Made by a program: the position numbers and the translations under genes
Shown here: in pieces, positions 49,629 to 61,601 of the stretch
Layout of the letters: every line of letters starts with the position of its first letter
How positions within the stretch are numbered: position 1 is the first letter of the stretch
Assembly (NCBI RefSeq): GCF_018350175.1
Contig: NC_058383.1
Span: 14,820,001 to 14,884,000, forward strand
Direction of reading: 5' to 3'
Origin: Felis catus
Taxonomy: Eukaryota
Length of the DNA: 64,000 nucleotides
The notes under the pieces: model-generated
Database searches by the model: none
What the model was told of the DNA's origin: nothing
The model's input: the letters and a program-made list of their open reading frames with translations, nothing else

Positions 49629-51151
49629 CAAACAGAAACAAGAAAAAATGTCTGAAGTTACCATTATTATTTGATCTAAAAGTTATACCCACAGAAACAA
49701 GACAGCAATGGGAAAAAAACAGGGACCCCCACATAGTGCAGATCCAGAAATTTCAGGGAGAATTTTTATAGGGATCCCATGCATACCCAGACCACAAGAG
49801 ACACCTACTCAGTTTGTCTTCAATTTCCCTAGGCTTATAATAACCTGCTTATAGTTCCCTCACGTCACCCCATTCTCTGCCTGGTGCTGGAAGGGGATCT
49901 GACTGCGGCCCGCACCCATCTCTGCTGGAACCTAGTCCAGCTTAACCCTGAGTCAGCCTTGGGCAAGATAGATCTGCCTCTACTCTGAAAACTCAAGAGA
50001 CCTGTGTGCGAATTTCGTGGTTCGAAAGTCACCAGCAACCGTCTCAGAACTCGGCAACTGCCTCACTGCCAAACGGATTTACCAAAGAATGTTTGGGAAG
50101 TATCCGATTTACTTCCTCAACCACACTGAGAGGATGCCACCTCATCCAAATTAGAAAAGTGACAGGAAAGATGACACAGACCTGAGAAAGTATGGTTACA
50201 GAAATAAAACCCAGTGATCAGTACACGGTTCACAGGAAAGCCTCAAAGTAGTGAAGAAGTCAAGATAGGTGTATGATATAAATGTATATATGAGAAATCC
50301 AGAAGACGGAAGAATGACAGAATGGACATCTGTGAGGGGAAGATATGGAGACCACAGCCCAGGATCTAACCCGCACAGAAGGCTAGGAGACTAACATCTG
50401 ATGAAGCAAAAACAGAAAACAAAAGGGGAAAAAAAAAAAAAAAAAGTTTCCTAGGGAAAAACAAAAAACAAAAAACCTCAGTCTAAACATCCAGAGTGTG
50501 AATCACATCATAAGCCCTAAGAACAGCAAGAACCAACTTACTAACCAGCATGAACAGTGACAAGCCAGAGAAGCAGAGAAGGTGAGAAATTCACACTTCG
50601 CCAGTAATAGGATGCGCCCCGCCCCCACCACGATTAGGTTGATTGCAAGAAATAAACAGCAGGATTGCAATGAGCTTCTTGATGCCAAAAACCCAAAATA
50701 ATGGAGTAGAAATCACTGAACTTTAAAAGAGGCCAAAACCCAAGAATCTTGTAGCTAAATCAAATTGTGTGTGTCAACAGAAACATTCTCAGGCACAAAT
50801 AGTCTCAGGTAGGTATAGGGTTGAGGTAAACCTCCTGAAAAAAAAAGAAAAGACAGACATTTTGGAAAGTTTATGCCAGAACAGATGTGTATTAATTTTT
50901 AAAAAAAGAAACAGAAAGCGTGGTAAATGTGGCTGCGTGTAAGCACTGAAATTAGTTAAATGTACAGGCAAAATAATTGTTTCAAAAATAGCTGTAAAAT
51001 TGATAATATTCTTTAAACCCAAAAATTATTTTTAGAAAGGGAAGGGAAGCACATTTATAATAACCATATGTTGAAATTAACAAAGAATAGAAAAGAGAAA
51101 GGAAGGAAGCATTTCATTTCTCATCTTCCATAAAAAAGACTGTTACTAATT

Positions 51152-51225
51152 TGTAACTGATGTTAGAGATCAGTTCACCAAACCTTTATGTAACTGATGT
51201 TAGAGATCAGTTCACCAAACCTTTA
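51152..51225. repeat. Perfect 37-bp tandem duplication
   Basis: tgtaactgatgttagagatcagttcaccaaaccttta x2. Confidence 0.96.
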
Positions 51226-51299
51226 CTAGAAAAAGTGAAATCAAGAAATCTACCTTCCAAACAACCGCAAGAATACTTAGAGAAGCAAGCAAACAAACA

Positions 51300-52355
51300 T
51301 CTTTTGTGCACAGCAAAGGAAACCATGAATAAAACGAAAAGGCAACCAACAAAATGGGAGAAAATATTTGCAAATTATATATCTGATAAGGGGTTAATAT
51401 CCAAAATATAAATAGAACTTATATGACTTAATAGCAAAAAAAAACCACACAAAAAAACAACCAAACAATCGATTAAAAAATGGGCAGAGCATCTCAATTG
51501 ACATTCTTTCAGAGGAGACCTACAGATGGCCGGCAAGTACATGAAAGGGTACTCAACATCACTAATCATCAGGGAAATGCAAATCAAAACCACAGTGAGA
51601 CAGAACCTCACACCTGCCAGAATGGCTGTTACCAACAAAACAACAAGCATTGGCCGGGAAGTGGAGCAAAGGGAACCCTCACTCTCTGTTGATGGACTTG
51701 CAAACGGTGCAGCCACTATGGAAAACAGTATGGAGGATGCCTCGAAAATTTTTAAAATAGAGCTACCAGATGATTCAGCCATCCCACTTCTGGGTATTTA
51801 TCCAACGAAAGCAAAAACACTAACTTGAAAACATACATGCACCCCCGTGCTCACTGCTGCATGATGTACAAGAGCCAAGACATGAAAACAACCCAAATGT
51901 CCACCAATGGACGAATGGATACAGAAAATGTGGTGTGTGTGGATAGATGGATGGATGGATGGGCAGGTAGGTAGATGGATCAATTGATCAATTAATCCAG
52001 GGAAGAGATTGGTGGTTGCCAGAGGTGGGGGCTGGGGGAGCTGGGTGAAATGGGTGAAGGGAGTTAAAGATACACAGTCCCAATTATAAAATAAATAAGC
52101 CATGGGGATATAATGTACATCATGATGACTGTAGCTAGTAGTACTGTATTACATAATTTAAAGCCTCTAAGAGAGTAGATTTTAAAAGTTCTCATCACAA
52201 GAAAAAAAATTCTGTAACTATGCATGGTAACAGATGTTAACTAAACTTACTGTGATCATTGTATCATGATATTGACATATCGAAACATCACGTTGTGCAC
52301 CTGAAACTAACATAATGTGGCATTACATGTCAGTTATACTTCAATTTTAAAAAAC
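51300..52355 (+). mobile_element. L1 3' fragment (L1MA-like)
   Basis: [36 protein letters not shown] and a 3'UTR with gagagtagattttaaaagttctcatcac. Confidence 0.92.
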
Positions 52356-52513
52356 ACACTGCAGTTTAAAAAGACAAAGAAAACAGTCAATACACATGGA
52401 ACCAGCCTAACGCAAAATGAAGAATTAAGACCCAATGTAAAAGTTCTGAAATAAAGGATAGGTTAAGGTTGCCCATAAAAAGGCTCTCAGGATAATTAAA
52501 AATGAAAACATCC

Positions 52514-53894
52514 TTGGCACAAGAACAGACACTCAGATCCATGGAACAGAATACAGAACCCAGAAATGGACCGAAAAACATATGGCCAACTAATCTTTGA
52601 CAAAGCAGGAAAGAATATCCAATGGAATAAAGACAGTCTCTTCAGCAAGTGTTGCTGGGAAAACTGGACAGCGACATGAAGAAGAATGAACCTGGACCAC
52701 TTTCTTACACCATACACAAAAATAAACTCAAAATGGATTAAAGACCTAAATGTAAGACAGGAAGCCATCAAAATCCTCAAGGAGAAAGCAGGCAAAAACC
52801 TCTTTGACCTTGGCCATAGCAACTTCTTACTCAACACATCTCCAGAGGCAAGGGAAACAAAAGCAAAAATGAACTACTGGGACCTCATCAAAATAAAAAG
52901 CTCTGCACAGAGAAGGAAACAATCAGCAAAACTAAAAGACAACCAATAGAATGGGAGAAGATATTTGTAAATGACATATCAAAGGGTTAGTATCCAAAAT
53001 CTATAAAGAACTTATCAAACTCAACACCCAAAAAAACAAATCATCCAGTGAAGAAATGGGCAAAAGACATGAATAGACACTTCTCCAAAGAAGACATCCA
53101 GATGGCCAACCGACACATGAAAAAATGCTCAACATCACTCATCATCAGGGAAATACAAATCAAAACCACAATGAGATACAACCTTATACCTGTCAGAATG
53201 GCTAACATTAACAACTCAGGCAACAACAGATGTTGGTGAGGATGAGGAGAAAGAGGATCTCTTTTGCAATGTTGGTGGGAATGCAAGCTGGTGCAGCCAC
53301 TCTGGAAAACAGTATGGAGGTTCCTCAAAAAACTAAAAATAGAACTACCCTACAACCCAGCAATTGCACTCAGGGGATACAGGTGTGCTGTTTCAAAGGG
53401 ACACATGCACCCCCATGTTTATAGCAGCACTATCAACAATAGCCAAAGTATGGAAAGAGCCCACATGTCCATCGATGGATGAATGGATAAAGAAGATGTG
53501 GTATATATGTACAATGGAGTATTACTCAGCAATCAAAGAGAATGAAATCTTGCCATTTGCAACTACGTGGATGGAACTAGAAGGTATTATGCTAAGTGAA
53601 ATTAGTCAGTCAGAGAAAGACAAATATCATATGGCTTCACTCATATGAGGACTTTAAGAGACAAAACAGATGAACACAAGGGAAGGGAAACAAAAATAAT
53701 ATAAAAACAGGGAGAGGGACAAAACAGAAGAGACTCATAAATATGGAGAACAAACTGAGGGTTACTGGAGGGGGTGAGGGAGGGGGGATGGGCTAAATGG
53801 GTAAGGGGCACTAAGGAATCTACTCCTGAAATCATTGTTGCACTATATACTAACTAATTTGGATGTCAATTTAAAAAATAAAATTAAAAAAAAA
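52514..53894 (+). mobile_element. Young carnivore/felid L1, 5'-truncated
   Basis: ORF2 C-terminal peptides ([45 protein letters not shown]), 3'UTR and A tail. Confidence 0.96.
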
Positions 53895-55062
53895 GCCCTT
53901 CAGATACTAAAAGAAAAAAGAAAAAAGAAAACAGAAAACATCCGGGCATATATTGTGTAGAGGTTTCACACAGAGAGGGCAGGAGTGCACCAGGCTGTGT
54001 TCCCTGGAAGAAACTAAAATAGTGGTGAATGTTCCCCAGTGACCACACTTTAACAATTAATGTTATGCAAACACGGGCAAAAAGGTTATGCGGCAAAAAT
54101 CAACATAAGGCAAAAGCATAACTTAAAAGTGTTTAAAGAACACTGATGTTGATAAAAGATAAAATCTACTATGAGGGCAGACAGAGAATTGAAAATCGTA
54201 ATGAAAATTCCTTGGAAGTAAACCAAGGAAACAAGGTAACAGCAGTGGGAGATTTCAACACATCAAAGTTACTTATCTCAGATGAAATAACGAAAAATAC
54301 AGGTGGAGGAAATACAGGTAATATGAAGGTAACTTCTATGCACGTACGAAAGCCTCGTACCATAGAGGCGACACCTTCATAAAAGCTCATATTCTTGGTT
54401 ACAAAGAAAATCGTCCCAAATAGGTCATATTTACTTTCCACGATGCAATAAAACTAGAAAATTTAAATGTGAACTAGAAACTCAAAATTCCAGTGACTTG
54501 GAAATCATAAAACGCTTTCCTAAAGAATCTGTAGAGTGGCAGAGGGAATGAAAACACACAATAAAATATTGTGAAGCAAACAGTGAAACAGTAAAACTGG
54601 GAGACATTACTAAAGCTCTTCTCAGTGGCAAATTTCCTGCCTCAGTTGCCTTAGTTAGTAAATAATAAAAAAAAATTAAAATAAGTCAGCTACGGAAGTT
54701 GCTAGAAATGACAACAAATAAGCAACACGGGAACACACACAGAAAGACGAAACAAACACAAAAACATTATAGAATTAAAACCAAGGGAAAGGAAGAATGA
54801 ATTGCCATAGCAGTGGAAGATCCCCTCACCATTCACTGGTCCTAAATTCAGGCACCGTGCCACACTCCAAAGCCTACAGGGCCTGAGCTAGTCCATCTAA
54901 AGGGAGGAGGCATGTGTAAGACGATAAGGAATGGCAGAGACTGTGGCATTTGCCTTGCCTAGAGGGAGACAGCCACTCAGTTCCACCAAATTTTTGTAGT
55001 GAAGGAATTTGGTCCAGTCTTGTTAAATTCTCCAAGGTTTTAAGAGGAGAGAGAAGTGCATA

Positions 55063-55089
55063 TTTTTTAAGTTTTTTATTTGTATTTAT

Positions 55090-55142
<53 letters not shown>

Positions 55143-55268
55143 CCCCAGCAGGTTCCGTACTGTCAGTGCAAAGCCTGACGCAGGACTTGATCCCAGGAAC
55201 CGTGAGATCATGACTTCAGCTGAAATCAAGCGTCGGACACTGACCCAACTGAGCCACCAAGGCGCCCC
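55063..55268 (-). mobile_element. Can-SINE with long (GA)n
   Basis: TSD agagaagtgcatatttt. Confidence 0.95.
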
Positions 55269-55702
55269 AGAGAAGTGCATATTTTTAACATGAGGTTTTC
55301 TGCTCTATAAAATGATCTGTGAGCCCAATAAAACAGGGCTATAAGCTGTATTTGGCTGGTAAGCCGGCCAGTAGGCAACTTCCAGGTTGGACTACTGACT
55401 TGGGCTTGACTTCATTTCAAGAATTTATATTTTCCAGAAAACTCTCCATTTCGTGTAGATGTTCAAATGTATTTTCACAAAAATTTTTCAAGTATTTTTA
55501 AATTTCCCACATTTTTTCATTCCAGTTTTAGTGGCAACTCTATTTAATTCTTAATTAAATATGCTATATTTTTCAATTTATTGCATTTTTTTCTCAGAGT
55601 CAACTCATGAAATTATTCATTAAGTTGGAAGGGTTTTTGGTTTTTAATTTTTAGATTCCAAATGGGTAGGATCCTTAGTCAAACTTTTATTAATTTCTGG
55701 TT

Positions 55703-55742
55703 TATTTTTTTTTAATTTTTTTAATGTTTATTTATTTTTGAC

Positions 55743-55799
<57 letters not shown>

Positions 55800-55963
55800 A
55801 TAAGTGGGGGAGGGGCAGCGAGAGAGGGAGACACAGAATCCGAAGCAGGCTCCAGGCTCTGAGCTGTCAGCACAGAGCCCGAAGGGGGGCTCGAACTCAG
55901 ACTGTGAGATCGTGACCTGGGCCGAAGCCGGATGTTCAACCGACTGAGCCACCCAGGTGCTCC
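55703..55963 (-). mobile_element. Can-SINE, no evident TSD
   Basis: Full-length body. Flanks do not match each other. Confidence 0.94.
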
Positions 55964-56249
55964 AGGAATGACTTATTAAATAATGCTAAATACTGGTCGG
56001 GGTGTTCTGAGATGTCCCTCTCACGTATTCCTTTCGGTACACCTTGCCTGACAGAAATGTTATTTACGTATGAAGGACTGTAGCAAGTTCTTGTCTTCCA
56101 CATAATGCTCTTGCCTCTAGGAATCCAACACGGTTTCTGTGTTCATGATGTAGTGTGTATACCAGGAAGAAACAACCTTTCCAAATGGGATTCTGAGACT
56201 GGTTTGCTCACCTCTATTATTAAATGAAGCGCTGACCTTCCTGCCAGTG

Positions 56250-57430
56250 AAAAACAGGATACGGGTATCCTTGACAGAAGTGGCATCATAATTAATTAAA
56301 TGTCATCTGTGGTTTCTTGGGATAAAATAATTATTGAAAGCAAGGCTTTCGAAGACCCATGTAGTTCCTGTGTTTGACCTTTACGGCAGCAATGATGACT
56401 ACAAGGAGTGTGGAGGGCGGGCTGCTTGTGAACGCCCTTGAGAGAGAAAAAACAAGCTCAGACCTTGAAACTCTCAGCTCTGGTCACAGTCAGAGAACAA
56501 GAGTGATTCCAAGGTGGCCCCAAAAGAATCACGTGCTTCAGGCAACTGCAGGCAGGACCCCAAGGTTCACTGTGTGGTCTGTAGAGTTGTTAAGTTGAGA
56601 TCATGGACTTCCCAGATCTCTGATGTAAAATAAATTTAGGGCACTGATCGGAAGGAAAGGAGTGCGACCTAAGACTTGGAATGGGGATCTCTGGGTGGAT
56701 TCAGAATACAGAATGCCAGAATCTCCCTCGTGTCCTCTCTGAGATCTCCCTGAGGTCAGACAAGACCAGCTTGAAGACCTGGAAGAAACACAGCTGCAGT
56801 GGCTGCCTTGAAGGGGGATGCCTATTTTCAAGATCTACTCCCACCGAATTTTGCTGCCTTTACACCCCCATGATTACGATCAGATTGGACACGTCCCAGG
56901 AGAAGTTTCAAGTCTGGTAGGAGAGAACACAGAGAGGTGAGATGCTGGTAATTTCTATCAGTGTTAACATTGGATTCCAGGGCGCTAAAACAGGGGAAAG
57001 AGAATATAATATCAGCTGAGGACGCTTTTACTGAAATGGGTACTCATTACCAGAAATTGTTTTTATTACCTCGGTTTGGGTAGTTAGAAGTGGCTCAGAC
57101 AGTCTGATCTTTGGCTGAAGGTTGGATTCAATATGGCCAACTATCAATACGTTTAAGATGGTACACTTTCCCTGGCATAACACAGAAGAAGGAATTGCTC
57201 CCAGAGTCAGAAAGCTTGAAGTTGATTTTTCATGAACATCTACCCCGACTATATATCCCCAGAGGACCTAAAAAGGATTCCCCTCATTAAAGCAACGAGC
57301 AACCATCTTCAATTCATAGACTCTGTTCTAGGGTCAGGCTTGACTCCTACCAGCATAACCTTGGAAGCGGCTGGAGCTTGTCATACATCCAAAGGTGACA
57401 GCAGGAGACTATCTGGAACAGTAATTGGTA
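56250..57430 (+). mobile_element. Ancient ERVL-type gag relic
   Basis: ggaaggaaaggagtgcgacctaagacttggaatggggatctctgggtggat reads KECDLRLGMG / TWNGDLWVD-like across a frameshift. tggattcaatatggccaact and ccctggcataacacagaagaaggaatt resemble ERV-L gag W...WPT and PW...EEGI. Confidence 0.65.
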
Positions 57431-57599
57431 ACCAACACATTCACCTATAGGTCTGAAATACCTAGGTGACGTCATGACCCTGGGGTACGTGTGTATGTGG
57501 GTGTCCTGTTTAGTCACCGCTTCAATGCCCTGCTGTCACCCTAAGTGACCTATACCAACTAAAATCACACACACACACACACACAAATAATGCATCTAC

Positions 57600-57790
57600 A
57601 AGATACGTGGTTAAGACCTTAAATTCATATGGTCTGACCAGCAACATGAACCAGGCAAGTTACTTACTTCATTTTTGTCATCTACAAAAATGAGAATCCT
57701 ACTACTTAGTACCTATGATATGAGAACAAAGAAGTTAATAAAGTTAAAAAGTTAATAAAGCCTATAACAGTGTGTGGTCAAGGTAAAGAC
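57600..57790 (+). mobile_element. MIR SINE
   Basis: ggcaagttacttacttcatttttgtcatctacaaaaatgag. Confidence 0.6.
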
Positions 57791-58149
57791 TGCACCTGTG
57801 TTATTCTGCTGTTACTGGGGACATGGTGAGCTTACATAAGTGTTGGTCATCGTTATCCTTACCCAGCTAAGACTTAACCACGGCAAGATCCAAGTACATT
57901 CAGCAATAATGCACTGACAAGGAGTGACATATATAATAGTTTGATGCTCTTTGTGAGTATTCACAAAGGCAAATATTTGGATATATTCCTGTAACTGACC
58001 TCCGCCAGGACTTTGGCTTTGTGAATTACTTCCAGTTTGTAAGTCGCGAATCCCTGGGCGGGGAGTTTCTGGCAGGAGACTGGGGAGGGGCCTCACTCCA
58101 CGGAGATAACCTCAAACAAGGAAACACCTTCTCAAAGTTGTGCCTTAGA

Positions 58150-58530
58150 CTAGCACTTCTCAAACTTTCCTGCCTATATGTATAACCTGGGACTTTGGTT
58201 AAAATTCAGGCTCTTGGGGCACCTGGGTGGCTCAGTCCAACTTACACGTCTGACTCCTGATTTCAGCTCGGGTCATGATCTCACTGTTAGTGACTATGAG
58301 CCCCCACATGAGTACAGAGCCTGCTTGGGATTCTCTCTCTCTCTCTCTCTCTCCCTCTCTCTGTCCCTCCCCCATGTGAGCTCGCTTGCTCTCTCTCTCA
58401 AAATAAGTAAATAACTTTAAAAAATGCAGGCTCTGAATCAGCAGATCTGGGGTGGAACCGAGCTTTGGCATTTTAAGCAAGCTCCCAGGTGATGCCTAGT
58501 CTGCAGGTCCCTGGCCCGCCGACGGAGGAG
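58150..58530 (+). mobile_element. MER5A-like hAT DNA transposon (interrupted by a SINE)
   Basis: cttctcaaacttt...ttaaaa(t)gcaggctctgaatcagcagatctggggtgg...gcattttaagcaagctcccaggtgatgc. Confidence 0.8.
58216..58424 (+). mobile_element. Can-SINE nested in MER5A
   Basis: TSD aaaat(t/g)caggctct. Confidence 0.93.
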
Positions 58531-58861
58531 GGAGAAAGCTGGGGCATCCGGAGGAGTGAGGTCTGTCTGGGAGGGACTCCTGCCTTCAGGCAGGGCTGGC
58601 CTACCGCAGACTGTCCTCGTCCTTCGTCAAATTCCCAAAGGAAAAATCTCCTCTGCCTTACAGGCATTTACCTCTAACTTAGACCTTCTTGCTCGGACAA
58701 GTGCTCACAGCTTTAGATTTTTCCTTGGGTCCAAAGTCCCCTGGTTATGTCAGTGGACACACTGCTGTCTGTAACTTGATGTTAAAGAAGGTTGCAGGCT
58801 TCTGGGCCCCGCTGTGAGTCTGACTCTACTGGTCTGTTGTTTAACACGCCCCCTTGGGGCT

Positions 58862-58927
58862 ACAAAGCCCCAAGTGTCCCTCCGCCCCGCTATAACAAAG
58901 CCCCAAGTGTCCCTCCGCCCCGCTATA
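58862..58927. repeat. Perfect 33-bp tandem duplication
   Basis: acaaagccccaagtgtccctccgccccgctata x2. Confidence 0.96.
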
Positions 58928-61417
58928 CGCCTTCTGCTTCACTCATGCAGCCTGTGGGCAAGCATCCTCCCTCACACACAGGAAACAAGCGTGCGTTCTA
59001 GCTCACGGCAGTCCCAGAGCATCCAAACCAGTACCAGACTTGCATGAAAGTGAGGCAGACGTGAGCGCTCCTCCGAATTAGGCCTCCACTTTCGCCTTCT
59101 AGGAGATCGCAAATGGTCACAAGAGAGGTCATGATCCTGACTAATCCGCAAAGGACGTACCTGTAAGGAACAGGCAGCCGAGGTGGGGAAGACGTGCATG
59201 TGAAGGCGTGGGCACAACAGGCCCATTGCTAACGGTGCCACGTGACTCCGGCCACGGTTTTGTTCTTTGCAGTTCAGTGACTTGTCTCAAAATGAACCAA
59301 AGTGAACTTGGCCAACCACAGAAATAAGCAAGTTCACACACGGCGGCCGCCAGATAAATCTTTTCAAGGTCGAGCTAAACGGGGTCAAATTCACTCTCCA
59401 GACAGAGGTGGGCCTAAAAGCAAACTACGAACCCGTTAAGAGATAGGAAGTCATTTCAAAAGCCCACATTTGCTGGAATTTCCTGACATTCTGCACCTTC
59501 GAGAGGCAGAAAGGAAATCGAGGAGAAAGAAGGCAAGGCCTACCTTGGTTTCAAAAGAGGGCCTTCTGTTCTGTAAGGGCAGGAGCCCCCAAGGAAAGCT
59601 TGCAGGGGGAGAGGTCGGCATCAGCACCCGCGAGTGGGGCCCTTGCAGAGGCCCCAAGTGGCCGAAAAGGCCTTCTGGTTTGACTGCTTTTGGGAAACTG
59701 TGTGCAAAGCTAGCTGGATTCATTCCAGATGGCCACATGGCTGTGGCTGGTGAAACTATTAAAATCTGGAGAGCAGTCAAAACTAGCCCTTGGGACTTGA
59801 AGACACCAGGGCCTTATTCCCCTGTGAAGGAGGCTGCAGGCTCGGAGGGGCCCCTGGAGCCACCGTGGGAAACGCAGAGGTGCGAGGAACAGACGGGTCG
59901 TGGCAGAAAACCCGAGTCCTTTCCAAGCAGCCTTTCTCAACCCGCTTCTATGAAAGTGGTAAGCTTTGCAGATACTGTTTTTGGGTGCAGATACTTTTTG
60001 GGGTGACTAATTTGTCAATTCTTCCAAGGACGGCACATGACCAGTAGCCAGAGGCAATGGAGAGAAGTTGCTTCCCCCGCATGCGAGGCAGGCCTTGGGG
60101 CGCTGGGCTTCATTAAACGCCTCCAGGGGCTGCATTGCGAGTTCTGCAGGCTTGCAGTTTCTGAGCTGAAGGGGAGATCCTGGCCAAAAGCATCCAGGAA
60201 AGGGGGATTCTGGTTCCCAGCTGGCGTTCGGGCAAAAGTCCCCTCGGCTGCAGAGGCTGATAAAACGGAAGAAGAACCGCGAGCACCAGGGGGTGTGGAA
60301 TGGAGTCAAAGCGACGAGAAAGAGCCTCTGCAGTCAAGGGCCAAAGAGGAAGCAATGGGCGCAGGCGCAAATTCTGGTTTCCTGTTTATTTCACTCTGAG
60401 CACATCTGCCCTCACGGCGCACACACGCGTGTGCACGCACACACACGCGGGGGCAGCACTGAATGCAAATTGGCCACAGGCCCAGACAGCAATCCCAGAC
60501 CCTGCAGCCTGCCTTCCACGGTGTCCTCTGGAAAACCAGCTCCACACACACAGGCTGCAGCTGTCTGGCTGCGGGCTCTGTGTCCGGGAAATCCCGCCGA
60601 GCTGCCTAATCCAGGGAGCTTGCTATTACACGCTTTGGCGGCAAGGCACCCCACTCCCAAGGAACCACCTAATGAAAGCCTCATGTGTCAAATTGGGTTG
60701 CACAGACACACTTAGGCTGCTCCAGCCGGGCCTTGTGCCGAAGGTATGACCTCACCGTCGGGCAGACCGGCAGGGACCCCAGAAAGAGAAGAGCGGTGTG
60801 TGGGCCAGACCCGCTCCTAATCACGGCCAGCTTGCATGGACGGAGGCACTGCCCCCTCTCCCGCTGCCCCGGGACACCGGGGTCTGCGGGCCCGGAGGCA
60901 CCATCATCTTACAAGCTAAGCATGGAGCTTAGGCTCCAGCCCAGACACCCTGTGTTTTTGGCATTATCCCCATAAAAATTTCTGCCACGCCAGAAGTTTC
61001 GTGCCAGAGAATAACTTAATTCAGTAAGGCTGAATCTCCGTGGAGAACTCCCAGTTACAGAAGCTAGAAAGGAAGGATATAATTAGGACCTATTTTTTTG
61101 TTTGTTTGTTTGTTTTAACAGAAGCTCAAAAGGCCCGTTTCAGAGAAAGACACTGAAAAACAGTCCATCCGTATCCAGAATGCAGTACCCCAGAAATGTC
61201 ACTTACCAGCGTCATTTGCAGAACTCTTAAAGACACGGTTCAGTCTCAGACTGGGCATCTATCACTTAGTTCTTTTGACGCTTAGGCAATTAATAAACTG
61301 GGTAGAAAGTTCCTTCTCTGTGCACGGCTGCCCTGTCTTCATACCTTCTGTATTAAAGCTTGTGTGGGCAACAAAACAGAACCTCGAAGAAGCTGAGCTT
61401 CAAATGTAAAGAAATGT

Positions 61418-61601
61418 GGGGCGCCTGGGTGGCTCAGGTCATGGTCTCAAGGTTCATGAGTTTGCGCCCCAAGTCGGGCTCTCTGCTGTCGGCACAGAGC
61501 CTGCTTCAGATTCTCTGTCCTCCTCTCTCTCTCTGCCCTTGCACTCTCTCTCTCTCTCAAAAATAAATAAATATTTTAAAAAAGTAAAAAAAAAAAAAAA
61601 A
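61418..61601 (+). mobile_element. Can-SINE with internal 5' deletion
   Basis: gggtggctcag joins directly to gtcatg. TSD aaatgtg. Confidence 0.93.

Noticed and set aside
59470..60006. 178-aa ORF and overlapping ORFs at 59.4-61 kb
   Set aside because: No recognisable domain, overlapping frames on both strands and GC-rich intronic context. Consistent with chance ORFs.
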